A stretch of 64,000 bases of DNA, from assembly GCA_009859145.1 (NCBI GenBank), contig VRVR01000037.1:181885-245884 (forward strand), read 5' to 3'. The DNA comes from Andalucia godoyi And28. Taxonomy: Eukaryota > Protista > Jakobida. Position 1 is the first letter of the stretch. The number at the start of each line of letters is the position of its first letter. Below are positions 9,466 through 19,100 of the stretch, in pieces. The translations under genes and the position numbers were made by a program. Below the pieces are notes generated by a model that did no database searches, had not been told where the DNA came from, and saw only the letters and a program-made list of their open reading frames with translations.

Positions 9466-12012
9466 ATGGGGTGGGGCGAGAAAGTCGAGGTTCTTATTAC
9501 ATATTTGCAGTACCTTGCGGTGATTTTCACGGTGCAAGGGGTTTCGTGGCCGGCGACGATTAGCGTGCCGTTCGACTGGATTGATACGTTCGTGCTCAAC
9601 TTGGGATTCAGTCTCATTGTGCCCGACTATGACTTTCCGATGCGGTTTACGCTGATTTGCGTTGTTGTTCCGCTGTGCTTTACGTTTTTGCTGTTGCTTG
9701 TGTTCAAGCCATTGTCGGTGACGCTGTGGTTTGTGGCGCTGCTGTTCGGAATGGCGCTTGTGTTAATTGGTGTTGTTCCGCTGTATCTCATGAGTTCAAA
9801 CGAGCTCACAACGTATGAGCCCCAAACAGAGTACGCGGTCACTGGTGCCATTATTATTGGCGTTTGCTTCTTTATCGGCCTTGCAAACTACATGAACGAG
9901 AGACGGAAAGGAGATGTGCAAGTCAAGGAGCTGTCTGCCGAGCAGCTTGAAGACTACCTTCACTATGCACCTCCAGTAAGTACAGCGACGCAAGTGGTGC
10001 GCTTTGTGTTTGGAATCCTGCTGATTCTTGCTGGTCTGTGGATTGGCCAGTTTGTATATCCAGACCCAGCCGGAGTCGTCAAATATATTCCATTTCCACA
10101 GGTCGTGGCAGGGTTCCTGTTCGCACTCGGCTCGTTCCTCCTGATTCTGGGCATCCTGTGCACGTTTTACAAGGGTCGATTGTTCGTGAACAATGCATCG
10201 CACTTTCTAAAGTCAAAGTTCACCGAGCTTTTGCTGTTCGTGCTCATTTGCTTGTACTTGCCCATCCTCACCACACTCTTCTCAGCCTTCAATTGCTGGC
10301 CGGAATCGTGTTCGGCAACCACCGAGTTTGCAGAGCGGTCCATTTTCAAAGGCGTTTCTGCGCGACCCCTCTTTTCAAGCTCGGATTCGAACCCGGTGTG
10401 CACGAACTGCCAGTTCCAGAATCTGAACTCGTCTTTCCTGTACCTTGCGCCCTCTGCAACTTCGTGGTGTCCGATCATGGCAACCGATCTTTGCTCGAAA
10501 ACGACAGACTGGCGACTGATCATCGACGCGACGATTTCTTGCAGCAGCGACATGTGGCCGCTCTACATCATTGCTTCTTTTCTCGTTCTGTTCGCGTTTG
10601 TGTGCGGAGTGCCCTTCTTTTTTTACCGACTTACAAAAATGTGCACCACGATGATGGAAGAGATCCCTGTTATGAAGCTCACGGATGCCGGCGATATTTC
10701 CACGGATGCTATATCCTCGGAGGAGCTTTGGGAGGAGCGAACTGCGATTTCTAGGAACTCCGCAAAGATGCTCTTCGCGTCTTTTGAGCGATCGTGGAGG
10801 TTTTACAAGCTGTTCCAGATCGTTCTTCGGATTCTCTTGGTCGCAGTCGTCGTGTTCTTCGGTCGCTTTGTGTACGTTGCAATGGGCGGAATTCTGGTGG
10901 TCCACTTGCTGAACCTTTCAGTATCGCTGATATCTCGCCCGTTTATCAGTTCTGCAGAAGACGTTCTTGCGTCGGTCTGCGCTTTCTGCGCGGCTGCCAC
11001 GGCTGCTCTCGGCCTTGGGCTTGCCACATTCAGCGATGTGCCATCTGAAATCGTCGTTGCCGTTCTGGCGGGCGATCTCGCATTGCCCATCGTTGCACTG
11101 TTTCTTTCCATGATCGTTCTGATGTTTCGTGAATCGCAAAAGGAGAAGGAACAGAAACGCAAGCAATTGCAAGCCAAAGCTCAACTTGCGTATGATCAGT
11201 ACGCTGCCGAGGCTGCTGTCGTGTGGAGCCAAAATGGGCAGGGCCATGCAGCGCACGGCTCCAAAGGCAGCAGCCTGGTTCCCCTCTCGTACGAAGAAGC
11301 ACTGGCAATGTGTGCAGTTCAGCAGAACCATTCGATGAAGAATGCAGATGGCGAAAGCAAAGCCCCAGTGAATCCTTACTTTGCAAAGACAGCAACCGTA
11401 ACTCCAATGCCTCCAGCGCAGGACATGCAGAGCATGAAGCAGCAGCCCGCTCGATCGGCGTCTCGCGAGGACACGGCAGTCGAAGAGCTCACTCCTGTGG
11501 AAAAGGAAATGCGTAGATGCCGCCTGGCTCTCGTGCTCGTGGACAGAAAGATCAATGCGAGGATTATTTCGGTCCTCAGTACCACGTTCATTGTCATCGG
11601 TGTTCTCTTGTTCATGGCCCTTGTAGTCTGCGGCATTGCCATCCTCTTCCAGACGAATCCAGAAGTCATTCCTGGAAGGCAGCTCCGGTCCGTCTCTTCT
11701 TGTTCCTACTCGAGAGATTTTGAGTTTGCCACCTACAAGACATGGACCGAGTTCACCCAGAATTGCTGCTGTGAACCTGCTCCCACCTATGGCACGTACA
11801 ACTCAGTCGAAATGTGGCATTGCAAGAACGGGTACTACAAGGAACGCATCCGCGCAGAGAGCGGGTACGGAGACGGGTTTGCAATCCGTAGCTTCTGTTC
11901 TCCTCTTTTCAACTCGAATTCCATGACGCCTGTCTGTACCAACAACCATTTCCAGGTGCCACAGTATACTGCACCGACGTCAACGTCGTATGCTCGAGAA
12001 AAATTGTGGTAG
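9466..12012 (+). CDS. Multi-pass membrane protein with Cys-rich extracellular loop and Cys-rich C-terminal module
   Basis: About 850 aa frame with many hydrophobic segments; YLQ...YLPIL...AFNC and RILL...SRPF pattern; C-terminal WTEFTQNCCC...EMWHCKNGYYKERIR...RSFC. Confidence 0.85.
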   Translation: MGWGEKVEVLITYLQYLAVIFTVQGVSWPATISVPFDWIDTFVLNLGFSLIVPDYDFPMRFTLICVVVPLCFTFLLLLVFKPLSVTLWFVALLFGMALVLIGVVPLYLMSSNELTTYEPQTEYAVTGAIIIGVCFFIGLANYMNERRKGDVQVKELSAEQLEDYLHYAPPVSTATQVVRFVFGILLILAGLWIGQFVYPDPAGVVKYIPFPQVVAGFLFALGSFLLILGILCTFYKGRLFVNNASHFLKSKFTELLLFVLICLYLPILTTLFSAFNCWPESCSATTEFAERSIFKGVSARPLFSSSDSNPVCTNCQFQNLNSSFLYLAPSATSWCPIMATDLCSKTTDWRLIIDATISCSSDMWPLYIIASFLVLFAFVCGVPFFFYRLTKMCTTMMEEIPVMKLTDAGDISTDAISSEELWEERTAISRNSAKMLFASFERSWRFYKLFQIVLRILLVAVVVFFGRFVYVAMGGILVVHLLNLSVSLISRPFISSAEDVLASVCAFCAAATAALGLGLATFSDVPSEIVVAVLAGDLALPIVALFLSMIVLMFRESQKEKEQKRKQLQAKAQLAYDQYAAEAAVVWSQNGQGHAAHGSKGSSLVPLSYEEALAMCAVQQNHSMKNADGESKAPVNPYFAKTATVTPMPPAQDMQSMKQQPARSASREDTAVEELTPVEKEMRRCRLALVLVDRKINARIISVLSTTFIVIGVLLFMALVVCGIAILFQTNPEVIPGRQLRSVSSCSYSRDFEFATYKTWTEFTQNCCCEPAPTYGTYNSVEMWHCKNGYYKERIRAESGYGDGFAIRSFCSPLFNSNSMTPVCTNNHFQVPQYTAPTSTSYAREKLW

Positions 12013-12314
12013 CGAGGACAAACAAAAAAATAGTAATAAATCATCTCTTTGCCTGAAACACGAAACGTCCAGCTTTGCTCTGTGCTCTTTTGCAGAGGTT
12101 TTTAACGGCAGAGCAACCAAAAAACCAATAACAAAAAAGAAAGGACAAATAATAATAAATTAATAAATAAATACATGAATAAAAATTAGTCAATCATAAT
12201 ATCTTTATGTACATCAAACACAACCAATGGTAACAAAGAGGAAGGGCGAAGGCGACCGCGTGGGGGAGGAGAACAGATCAAATGCCCAGACTGGCGATTT
12301 CCACGACCGAATGA

Positions 12315-14783
12315 CTAGCTGATTTGCAGCATTCTGCGGTTTCCAACATCCTGCAATGCCGCAGTGAATCCTTGGCTCTCGAGAGCGCTGACAACAAGAT
12401 TTACGAGGCCATCGCAATGGGTCGCTTCGGTCACATCAACATCCACGCGGTTCTGCAACGAAAAAGAGACCAGGGCATGGGAAACTTTCTTCATCGTCTG
12501 GTCAAACACTTTGCGCAGTGACGTCTGATACTCGATCCATTCGGTCCGAGAGGAAAAGGGAAGTTGACGAAGAGTATCGTCCAGAGAAACGGAACCGATT
12601 CGTTGGGCATTGACGACATCTGCAGAAGTTGCGGAATTCGCAACATCTTGCATCCTCTTCACAGATTCGGGAGGGGTCGGCTTTTGCGGGGAAATGTAGA
12701 ACAACGTCAGTCGGCACGAAGCAGCAGCCGATGCCTCATTGTCCGTATATTTGGGAGTTCTGAAGAATGCATGAAAGCGAAAAGCGGAGTCGTCAAAGCT
12801 CATGCAGCGGGTTGCAAGATATGTCTCAATCCGCTCCACGGACGATAGCGACTTTGGAACTGTGGACTTGGAAGTGAGCGCATTGAATATCGTCTCGACG
12901 GACACTGCAGTCTCGTCGTTCACTGCATCGAGAGACCTGAGGACAGAGTACAGTTTGTCGTCCAGTGCTTGCGAAGGGGAAATCCACATCTTGTTGCTCA
13001 GGTGCTTGGTTGTGTTCAGAGGTCGGTCGTCCACGGCGGTCAACGTTTTCCCATCTTTTCCCGGATGCGGTTCGACGCTCCCGTCGAGGGAAGTGCACGA
13101 CGACGAATGGGCTGGAGAAGCCACGGATTCGGAGCCTGAACTGGAATCTGAGCAATACCAAACGGGATCTGGGACAGAATTGCCGTTCATTTGCGAAATG
13201 AGCATCCCAATTCTTCGATTTTGAACTTCAAAACCCCGGGCTGCAAGCGCAGACCCGATTTCATCCAGCAACGCCTTTCTGCGAATAGTCTTCCCTGGGT
13301 TGGTGTAGCCATTCGACACCATCACATTCCGACCAATCGTCTCCAGATCTGTTCGGGTGGGAACACGGAACGGCAGCTTGCTTGCATTTCCTGCAGCCGG
13401 GGTCGACACGGCAGCGGAGGTCTCTGCGTCTTTGACGTGGTCTGTCGTTTTTGACCTTGTTAATTCTGCGTTTGACGGACTTGGGGGACACACGTCTTTC
13501 GAAACAGCAGCCTGGCGATCGTTTTGGGGTGTTGGTGGCAAGTATGACTTTTCAGCTAGAGAGGCACCACCGACCCTGCCCTGGGAGGACCTTGTTGAAA
13601 CGGATGGAGCCAAGGACTTGTCCACCTCGAGAGTCGGTTTCGATGTATCGGCGAGAGACTGGGAGGACGAACTCGTGGTCCGAACGACGCGCAGACGAAC
13701 CACGGAAGCGAGTCCTTGTTGGGTGGTGCCCGACCCAGAGCTCGAGGCAGATGATGTAGCATGACTGCTGCTTGCTTTGCTCTTGGAAACGTCTGCACCA
13801 TCTACCGAGTCTGCGGGTGACGATGACGATGACGATGACGATGAGGGGCCTGTTCCAGACGAAAGAGTCGGCCACGGCGAAAGGAGAGAAAGTGGTTCTT
13901 CGGGAACAAGAGATGAAGGGGCTGATGCTTGTTTCCGGCTAATTGCAGACGAAACGGACGGTGCAGCTTGTGCCGGCTGTGCAATTCGTCGTGGAGACCG
14001 AAACTTTCTCAACAATGCTGTCTTTGGTACAACATTCTGACGCAGCAGCTCACCGCTATCCTGGTTCTTCTCTTCCGTTTCAACCGACTGCTGAGGCTGC
14101 TGAGTGAGAGTGTGTGGATGATGAGAAAGGGCAGCAGCACGCGGAGGCGACACGTGATTCGCCTCCGTCAATGATTTTCGAAGTTCGCCGCGTTTTTGCC
14201 TGGTAGAGCTGTCCTTGGATGTCGAAGAGGAAGAACCGGAGCTTACTGCGCAGTCCGGATCCATATTTTCCACATCTTCTGTCAAGTCATCCTCTGTTGG
14301 CTTTGCCCTTTTCCGGCTCCTAGTTCGCTGCGACACTTCGTCCATCACCAGTTCCTGTCCTTGCGTTCGTTCACTGTCTGCGACCTCCTGATCACCCTCC
14401 TGTTCATCGTCTGCCTTCCTGCCCCCCTCGTGCTGCTCTTGTGCTGGCGGCTGCAGAGCCCTGGCATGAGGCTGTGACGCTGAGGACGCCGACGCCGACG
14501 CCGACGCCGCCGCATAGATCATCGCGGAGCCTCGCAGGACTGACGACGCGAGCTTGAAGCGATCGTTCTTCCTGTCGTGTTTGATAAAGAACCCACCCGG
14601 AAGCGACACTCCAACGACACTCATCAGCACCTGTCTGAGGTCCTCCACAGTTGAAAACACCCCAGAGGGCTTCATTACATCCAGAATCGAGCTCGCCGCA
14701 ACTCCACTCGATGAATCCAACGCTCGTAGCTTTCGAAGCGCGGCTGTAATGCTCGTCACCTGGTGCGAAAACACGTCCGACAT
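12315..14783 (-). CDS. Hypothetical protein, largely disordered, with small helical/winged-helix-like islands
   Basis: 822 aa ATG-started frame. N-terminal ITAALRKL...SGVAASSILDVM...LRQVLMSVV...DRFKL resembles an H15-type winged helix; long Ser/Pro/Ala linkers. Confidence 0.8.
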   Translation of the reverse strand: MSDVFSHQVTSITAALRKLRALDSSSGVAASSILDVMKPSGVFSTVEDLRQVLMSVVGVSLPGGFFIKHDRKNDRFKLASSVLRGSAMIYAAASASASASSASQPHARALQPPAQEQHEGGRKADDEQEGDQEVADSERTQGQELVMDEVSQRTRSRKRAKPTEDDLTEDVENMDPDCAVSSGSSSSTSKDSSTRQKRGELRKSLTEANHVSPPRAAALSHHPHTLTQQPQQSVETEEKNQDSGELLRQNVVPKTALLRKFRSPRRIAQPAQAAPSVSSAISRKQASAPSSLVPEEPLSLLSPWPTLSSGTGPSSSSSSSSSPADSVDGADVSKSKASSSHATSSASSSGSGTTQQGLASVVRLRVVRTTSSSSQSLADTSKPTLEVDKSLAPSVSTRSSQGRVGGASLAEKSYLPPTPQNDRQAAVSKDVCPPSPSNAELTRSKTTDHVKDAETSAAVSTPAAGNASKLPFRVPTRTDLETIGRNVMVSNGYTNPGKTIRRKALLDEIGSALAARGFEVQNRRIGMLISQMNGNSVPDPVWYCSDSSSGSESVASPAHSSSCTSLDGSVEPHPGKDGKTLTAVDDRPLNTTKHLSNKMWISPSQALDDKLYSVLRSLDAVNDETAVSVETIFNALTSKSTVPKSLSSVERIETYLATRCMSFDDSAFRFHAFFRTPKYTDNEASAAASCRLTLFYISPQKPTPPESVKRMQDVANSATSADVVNAQRIGSVSLDDTLRQLPFSSRTEWIEYQTSLRKVFDQTMKKVSHALVSFSLQNRVDVDVTEATHCDGLVNLVVSALESQGFTAALQDVGNRRMLQIS

Positions 14784-15347
14784 CGCTGCTCAACAACACC
14801 CCTCCGCACCCCTCCAAGCGCTCTCCTTGTTTGTTACGGAACACCACGGCGACAGCGACGAGTTACTTTGTACTATAGCTACAGCCGCTGATGTGAATTG
14901 TCTCTTGCCGGAACGCAGACACAGGCGTCGAAAGCATGCAAGACGGACGGACGACCAAAACAAAACCAAAACGAAACCAAAAAAAAAATAAATAATAAAA
15001 ATAATAAAAATAATTTAAAAAAATAATAAAATAAATAGAAAAGGAAAAATCTAATGAGAATCAATGAAGTTAATACGGAAAAACAAAAGGAAAAACAAAA
15101 GCAAAAAGAGAATGAATGGAGTGAAGAAGAAAGATGGAAAACCAGTGGAAATTGGAGAATTCGGGGAAGTTTGTGTCCTCGTTTTTCACGCTCTATTGAG
15201 TCTGTTCCCGCCATGGCGGGTTGAAGCCTCGGGAAAGGTGTCGAGGAAAAGGATGGAAAAAGGAAAAGGAAAAACGGAGAGTTGAGACAACAGTCAAAAA
15301 AAAAAGCCCTCATTTTATCTACAGCAGATAGGATCTCGATTGCTTGG

Positions 15348-18300
15348 CTATAGCGTGGAGTCGTTGCTGGCGGAGCGGTCGAGCAGGGGATTGTGGACTG
15401 TGGACGCATGGGCAGCGAAGAGATTGGAGCGGAGAAACGTTCTGAATTTTGAGGAGGCTCGATGGAGGAAAGCCCATGCAAGAAATGCAAAGAGCGTCGC
15501 TACGAAGGACGCGTTGAGGACAAACAGAACTGCTCCGGCAGAGTCCACATTCGAGGCTCCAAGAATCTGAGACTGCATCGAGCAAGCTATATTCACGATG
15601 AGCAGCGCAAGCGAGGTGATTTCCGCGATGTTTTCAAAGCGGGACTCGAACGGAGACGCAGTCGCTTGAAAGACGCCGGATGCGGTGAGAACCAGGCAGA
15701 CCATCAACGGCATAAACACCGAAAGACGCGGAAGCGTAACGAACGCACCGATGAAGAGAATTCTGCGAAAAGTCACCACCAGCTCCCACCAACGACATCC
15801 TGGACGGTAGGAGCTGAAGAGAAGCGAAAATATGTACATGGAACGCAGGTCTTTGCCGGCCAGGGCACGACTTCTGATTACAGCAAAGGACAACAGTCCA
15901 GGAATCGCAGCGATGTAGAGGACGAGCAAGATAGCGGAAACAGTTTGGAGCGCGGTGGAGCATTCGACATCTGGAAAATACCGGATGTAATACCGACCGT
16001 CACCGGCATCTTGCGCACAGGACAGTGGAGAAAGGATCGCACGGATGGCAGGCATGAACAGAAACATCAGTAGAAAGATGCAGGCACGCAGACACCGGTC
16101 CAGCCATCGCTGCTCCAATGATCGACGTCGCTCTGACTGCCGTTTTCCAACCCGAAAAGCCGTTCCAGTTCCCCAGATGGCAAGCACAAGCAGGCATGCA
16201 GCGACTGGGCAGACCACGGCGACGGTGTAGGACTCCTTGAATCCCCATCCGCGAAAGAAGCACTCTGGCCCGGCAAAGGAAAAGCTAGCAATCGATGCGC
16301 CACTGTGTGTGAAGACATACAAATTTGACGGCATGGGAGTCCGAACAAAGAATAAGGACTGCAAGAAAAAGGTGAGCACCTTCACGATTCCGGAGGAAGA
16401 GCTTCCGACGAAGAAGGACCAAACGATCCAGCCAACAATGCATGCACAAATGAAGATCCCAAAGACAATGAGTGTGCCGTTTTCCGGACATGACACACAC
16501 CGATCACCAGTTCGAAAATATCGTTGTGAGCACGATGCGCAAAGTCGCCCTGTGTATCCTTCCGCGCAGTTGCTGCCCGTCTCCGGAGACGGCTTGCACG
16601 GTGTTAGGTCGGTTCCTGCCAAGAGACAAAGCTCGATTGCATGCGGATACGCGGTGTTGCTTTCCATTTCCGAAAGAGAGACTGGCGGAGACGCATAGTA
16701 GCCTTCCAATGGCACGACATTTCCGCTGTCGTTCCACGCGGTAGTCGCATCCAGCCGCAAGATCACGTCTTCATCCGGGAAGGAGCACTCCGCATTGGAA
16801 GACAGGCATCGGCTACAATTAGGAGGCTTCCCGAAAAATCCTGGTCTGCACACGCAGTATCGGTAGTTGTAAAACTCCGGATCGGTCTGCACCGTAACCC
16901 CTCGTGCCTCTGCGACAAAACACGACAAACTCTGACTGAAGATGTACGCAGACGAAGCATTGAACACAAACAACCGCTGGTTGGATTCGGTTAGTGACGT
17001 CTCAAAACGAGCATTGGGATTTCCGCGGAAATCAACAGTCGACAACAACGGTAGGCTGTCCAGTACGGAATCGAGATCGGAGTTGAGGTCGTTGTTGGAG
17101 AGGTCCACATTTCGCAAGCCAGGAAGGAATTTCAAAAGAAATGTCGCGGGATACGCCGGGGCTGGACAGGGACCTTTGGCGGAGGGAAGCAAAGACGGTG
17201 GGAATTTGGAAGGAAGGGAGGTGCGGGAGAGCGACAGGGACGACAGGCTGTAGTACAACGCAGAGGATGGGCACGACGTGCACGTTTGATAGTCCAAAAT
17301 CCCAGGGATTCCCGTAATGATGTTTCCAGAAAGATCAAGGTTGATGAGGCCTCCCGAAAAGTCCACCTCGGTCACGTTCGGTTTCCCCCGTATTGGAATA
17401 CCGCAAGGATAAATCGGAAATGAGCCGTTGAATTGATTGTATGCAAGTGACAGGGAGCGAAGAGAGACTCGCCCTGAAAACAGCGGCAATGGAAAAGGCC
17501 CCATCAGCGCATTGTGAGACAAATCCAGGGAAAGCAGGTTAGAGAAATTCGCTATCATGAGAAAGGGAAAGCTGGTCAGCTGGTTCGAAGACAGGTCAAT
17601 GTTCACGAGCGACGCTACCGAGCAATTTGGAAAAGTAGTAAATGCGTTTGCGGACAAGTACAGAAACCTCAGTGCTTGCAGTGCACACAAGCGTCCGGGA
17701 AGCGGCCCTGCAAGCTTGTTGGCTTGCAAATTCAACGAAAGAAGGGACATCGACAAGCTAAGCTCGGGGATTGTACCATTCAAAAAGTTGTTTTGCAGCT
17801 GTAATGTTTGCAGCTGGGGCAGAGCACCGAGAGACTCTGGTAGACTCCCACTCAGTTGGTTCGCTCCCAACATCAGCGTCTGCAGGTTTGCAAGCGATCC
17901 GTTAAAGCTCTGGGGGACCGGTCCATTCAACCTGTTTGCAGACAAGTCGAGTGTCTGCAGATTCGAAAGCACCCCGATTGATTCTGGAATTGGGCCGTCG
18001 AAGCCATTTTCAAAGAGCTGCAGCGCATTGAGGAGCGGCAGCCTCTCGAACACACCATCTGGAAGCCGCCCATGAAATCCGTTTGATCCCAAGTTGATGT
18101 AGGACAGCCTTGTCAGGTTCCCGATCCACTCAGGAAACGGTCCGGACAGGTCATTGTACGCGAGATCGAGCACCTCGAGTTGCGTAAGCGTCGAAAGCGA
18201 CGCAGGCACGGAGCCCCGGAGCAGGTTTGACACGAGTTGCAGCTCGGTGACGCGGCCGTATGCGTTGCAGTAGACGCGGTACACGGTTGGATCACAGCAG

Positions 18301-18809
18301 CTTTCCAAAATGAATTCCTTGCCGTTTGCCCAGCCGTCTCCCGAGGCCCAGCTCGGACCATCCGTCGCTTCGTACAAGTCCCACAGTGCCGCACAGTCCG
18401 GCGCATACGACGCCACAGCCTTGTCGGACGCACGTCTCTCACCAACATCAGCAGCAACGTCCGTATTCACGTACAACGACACCGGTGCATCGGGCATTGT
18501 TTGCTCGTCAACATCACGCTGCAGCAGCTGCGCACAGGTCTCCTCCACAGTGTGCAACACTGCGTTTGCGAGGCGTATCCTAAACTCTACCGATCGATGG
18601 TCCTCATGATGATGTGCCAATACAGAGTCCCACCATGTTGCATTCTGGAGATAGCGGGCCACCGGATCAGCGCCGCGGTCAACATGCATTGCAGGACTGG
18701 ATGGCGCACAGGTGACACAACCACACATAACCATCACCATCACCACCACCACCACCACCACCAACACAACCTTCAATGACAACACATGCGTACAATACGA
18801 TACGCGCAT
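15348..18809 (-). CDS. Leucine-rich-repeat receptor-like multi-pass membrane protein
   Basis: Hydrophobic N-terminus; LRR N-cap (ALWDLYEATDGPSW...CC...VYC); many plant-type LxxLxxLDLSxNxLxGxIP repeats; Cys-rich CVCRPGFFGKPPNCSRC and CAEGYTGRLCASC; about nine hydrophobic C-terminal segments. Confidence 0.92.
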   Translation of the reverse strand: MRVSYCTHVLSLKVVLVVVVVVVMVMVMCGCVTCAPSSPAMHVDRGADPVARYLQNATWWDSVLAHHHEDHRSVEFRIRLANAVLHTVEETCAQLLQRDVDEQTMPDAPVSLYVNTDVAADVGERRASDKAVASYAPDCAALWDLYEATDGPSWASGDGWANGKEFILESCCDPTVYRVYCNAYGRVTELQLVSNLLRGSVPASLSTLTQLEVLDLAYNDLSGPFPEWIGNLTRLSYINLGSNGFHGRLPDGVFERLPLLNALQLFENGFDGPIPESIGVLSNLQTLDLSANRLNGPVPQSFNGSLANLQTLMLGANQLSGSLPESLGALPQLQTLQLQNNFLNGTIPELSLSMSLLSLNLQANKLAGPLPGRLCALQALRFLYLSANAFTTFPNCSVASLVNIDLSSNQLTSFPFLMIANFSNLLSLDLSHNALMGPFPLPLFSGRVSLRSLSLAYNQFNGSFPIYPCGIPIRGKPNVTEVDFSGGLINLDLSGNIITGIPGILDYQTCTSCPSSALYYSLSSLSLSRTSLPSKFPPSLLPSAKGPCPAPAYPATFLLKFLPGLRNVDLSNNDLNSDLDSVLDSLPLLSTVDFRGNPNARFETSLTESNQRLFVFNASSAYIFSQSLSCFVAEARGVTVQTDPEFYNYRYCVCRPGFFGKPPNCSRCLSSNAECSFPDEDVILRLDATTAWNDSGNVVPLEGYYASPPVSLSEMESNTAYPHAIELCLLAGTDLTPCKPSPETGSNCAEGYTGRLCASCSQRYFRTGDRCVSCPENGTLIVFGIFICACIVGWIVWSFFVGSSSSGIVKVLTFFLQSLFFVRTPMPSNLYVFTHSGASIASFSFAGPECFFRGWGFKESYTVAVVCPVAACLLVLAIWGTGTAFRVGKRQSERRRSLEQRWLDRCLRACIFLLMFLFMPAIRAILSPLSCAQDAGDGRYYIRYFPDVECSTALQTVSAILLVLYIAAIPGLLSFAVIRSRALAGKDLRSMYIFSLLFSSYRPGCRWWELVVTFRRILFIGAFVTLPRLSVFMPLMVCLVLTASGVFQATASPFESRFENIAEITSLALLIVNIACSMQSQILGASNVDSAGAVLFVLNASFVATLFAFLAWAFLHRASSKFRTFLRSNLFAAHASTVHNPLLDRSASNDSTL

Positions 18810-19100
18810 CTTTGTTTTCTCCTCGTCTCTCGAAACTCGATATACTGTCGGGAATTCAAAAAAACGCGCGTTCTTTTTTCCTTTTTCTTTTTGGTCGGGA
18901 ATTTCCGCGGACCCCCTTCCCGCTCGCGAGGAGTCGACAGATTTCGACTACTGACCGTTTCTTTCCCCCCATCTGTTTTACCTTTTCCCTCCTTCTGTCT
19001 TGGTTGGTTGGAAGTGGAAATACGAATCGTGTGTTCTTCGGAAGGGTCCAAGGGAAATTAAAAAAAAAAAAAAGTAAAAAAATAATAAAAAATATAAAAA

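Noticed and set aside
12075-12116. 8-bp hairpin ttgctctg/cagagcaa in a 3' UTR as a SECIS element
   Set aside because: No AUGA/GA quartet or apical AA, and no in-frame UGA in the upstream gene.
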